This document shows positions 15,793-16,673 of a stretch of 16,673 bases of DNA, piece after piece. The translations under genes were made by a program, and so were the position numbers. This DNA comes from Candidatus Eiseniibacteriota bacterium (GTDB taxonomy: Bacteria; Eisenbacteria; RBG-16-71-46), in assembly GCA_044222065.1 (NCBI GenBank), contig JBGAOA010000082.1, forward strand, positions 1 through 16,673. The letters are read 5' to 3'. How positions within the stretch are numbered: position 1 is the first letter of the stretch; each line of letters opens with the position of its first letter. Below the pieces are notes generated by a model. The model was not told the origin of the DNA. It made no database searches and saw only the letters and a list, made by a program, of their open reading frames with translations.

Positions 15793-15821
15793 GGGAGGGC
15801 GGACGACGCGTCCGCCCTCCC
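15793..15821 (-). other. Intercistronic hairpin between nosZ and nosB
   Basis: Perfect 13-bp stem gggagggcggacg/cgtccgccctccc with a 3-nt loop and no U tract, followed on the minus strand by GAAAGG and the nosB ATG. Confidence 0.65.
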
Positions 15822-15832
15822 GAGGGGAGTGC

Positions 15833-16672
15833 TCAGCGCTGCGCGATCGCCGCGTTGATCTCGGCGATCTTCTTCGCGTCGGGCCGCTGCACGGCCGCGA
15901 CGGGGGAACCCTTCGGCCGCACCTCGATCAGGCCCTGCATCTCCTGGTGCAGCGCGCTGCAGAAGTTCGAGCAGTAGAACGGCGTGATGCCGGCCTTCTC
16001 GGCCTTCCAGTGCATCGTCTTCGTCTCGCCGGGCTCGATCTGCATGTTGCAGTTCGACCACAGGATGCCGAAGCCGTGCGCGATGTCGTCGTCCTGCTCC
16101 AGGTTCGTGACGTGGAAGTACACGTCGTCGCCCTCGTTCACGCGCACCACGTCGGGCGTGAAGTGCGTGCGCACCGCGAGCATGTACACGTCCACGCGCG
16201 TGCCCTTGCGCTCGATGCGGGCGTCCTCGGCCTTCTTGATCGCACCGGGCTTGGCGTTCTGCTCGAGCGGATACACCGTGAAGGGCTTCAACTTCTCGGC
16301 GCGAATCATCTGCGCGTAGTGCGGCTCGAGGTACGTGGGGAAGTCCATCAGCAGTTCCATCTTCGGCCCGCGCAGGTCCACGAGCTGCGCCGCCTCGGGG
16401 TGCGTGGGGCCCACGTTCAGGTAGCGGTCCTTCGACAGCTTGTCGAGCGCCACCACGTAGTCGCCGGTCGGGTGCCGCGTGTCGCCCTCGGACGCCATGA
16501 GGTGGCCGATCGAGTAGTAGACGTCGATCTTGTCCACCACGTTCCACGGCGGACCCACCTTCCACTTCGCGATCTGCGAGTCCAGGAACAGCGACGTGTA
16601 GGCGAAGCCCTTGTCGTCGAACTGCGTGTGCAGCGGGCCCAGGCCCACCGGCACCTTCGCCTCGATGACGTC
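15833..16672 (-). CDS. nosZ: Nitrous oxide reductase, clade II type, C-terminal part (5' end outside the window)
   Basis: GLGPLHTQFD, AYTSLFLDSQIAKW, SIGH, LSKDRYL.VGP, EPH and the CuA domain TNLEQ..DIAHGF...YCSNFCSALHQEM. FCSALH is the clade II-type pattern. The frame is open to the window end. Confidence 0.97.
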   Translation of the reverse strand, partial: DVIEAKVPVGLGPLHTQFDDKGFAYTSLFLDSQIAKWKVGPPWNVVDKIDVYYSIGHLMASEGDTRHPTGDYVVALDKLSKDRYLNVGPTHPEAAQLVDLRGPKMELLMDFPTYLEPHYAQMIRAEKLKPFTVYPLEQNAKPGAIKKAEDARIERKGTRVDVYMLAVRTHFTPDVVRVNEGDDVYFHVTNLEQDDDIAHGFGILWSNCNMQIEPGETKTMHWKAEKAGITPFYCSNFCSALHQEMQGLIEVRPKGSPVAAVQRPDAKKIAEINAAIAQR

Positions 16673-16673
16673 G

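Noticed and set aside
15833..15930. Possible C-terminal cytochrome c domain on NosZ, as in Wolinella-type enzymes
   Set aside because: The tail after the CuA domain is under 30 aa and has no CxxCH.
15780..16565. Apparent N-terminal extensions of nosB (and similarly nosD, nosF, nosL, nosY, nnrS) in the ORF track
   Set aside because: They are off-frame reads of the upstream genes. Coupled starts and family motifs define shorter CDSs, so there are no fusions.
1..16673. CRISPR arrays, IS elements, integrases, prophage genes or tandem DNA repeats
   Set aside because: No regularly spaced repeats or transposase, integrase or phage motifs were found by eye. The intergenic hairpins differ from one another, so they are not a REP family.

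Overview
Very GC-rich bacterial chromosomal segment with about 15 genes. No mobile element, CRISPR array, rRNA or intact tRNA was seen. The right half (minus strand) is a translationally coupled clade II nitrous oxide reductase operon: partial nosZ, nosB, nosD, nosF, nosL, an uncharacterised membrane-anchored cupredoxin-like gene lacking the classical copper ligands, nosY and an nnrS-family gene. It is followed on the same strand by trxB, a 1041-aa beta-helical passenger-like protein with a FlgD-Ig/T9SS-like C-terminal domain, and an ETF:quinone oxidoreductase with a 7-Cys ferredoxin module. The left part holds a partial DUF6600-like lipoprotein gene (missed by the ORF track), a divergent two-gene unit (exported TIMP/NTR-like protein plus a prodomain-less matrixin metalloprotease with a FlgD-Ig/T9SS-like C-terminal domain) and a probable outer-membrane beta-barrel gene. 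High GC plus this style of C-terminal domain suggests an FCB-related candidate lineage such as Ca. Eisenbacteria; this is inference only. The most novel-looking elements are the ligand-less cupredoxin inserted between nosL and nosY, the NosD C-terminal anchor and Cys ladder, the split putative inhibitor/protease pair, and a hairpin array with GGA loops at 2661-2777. All family calls come from motif recognition by eye, not from database searches.
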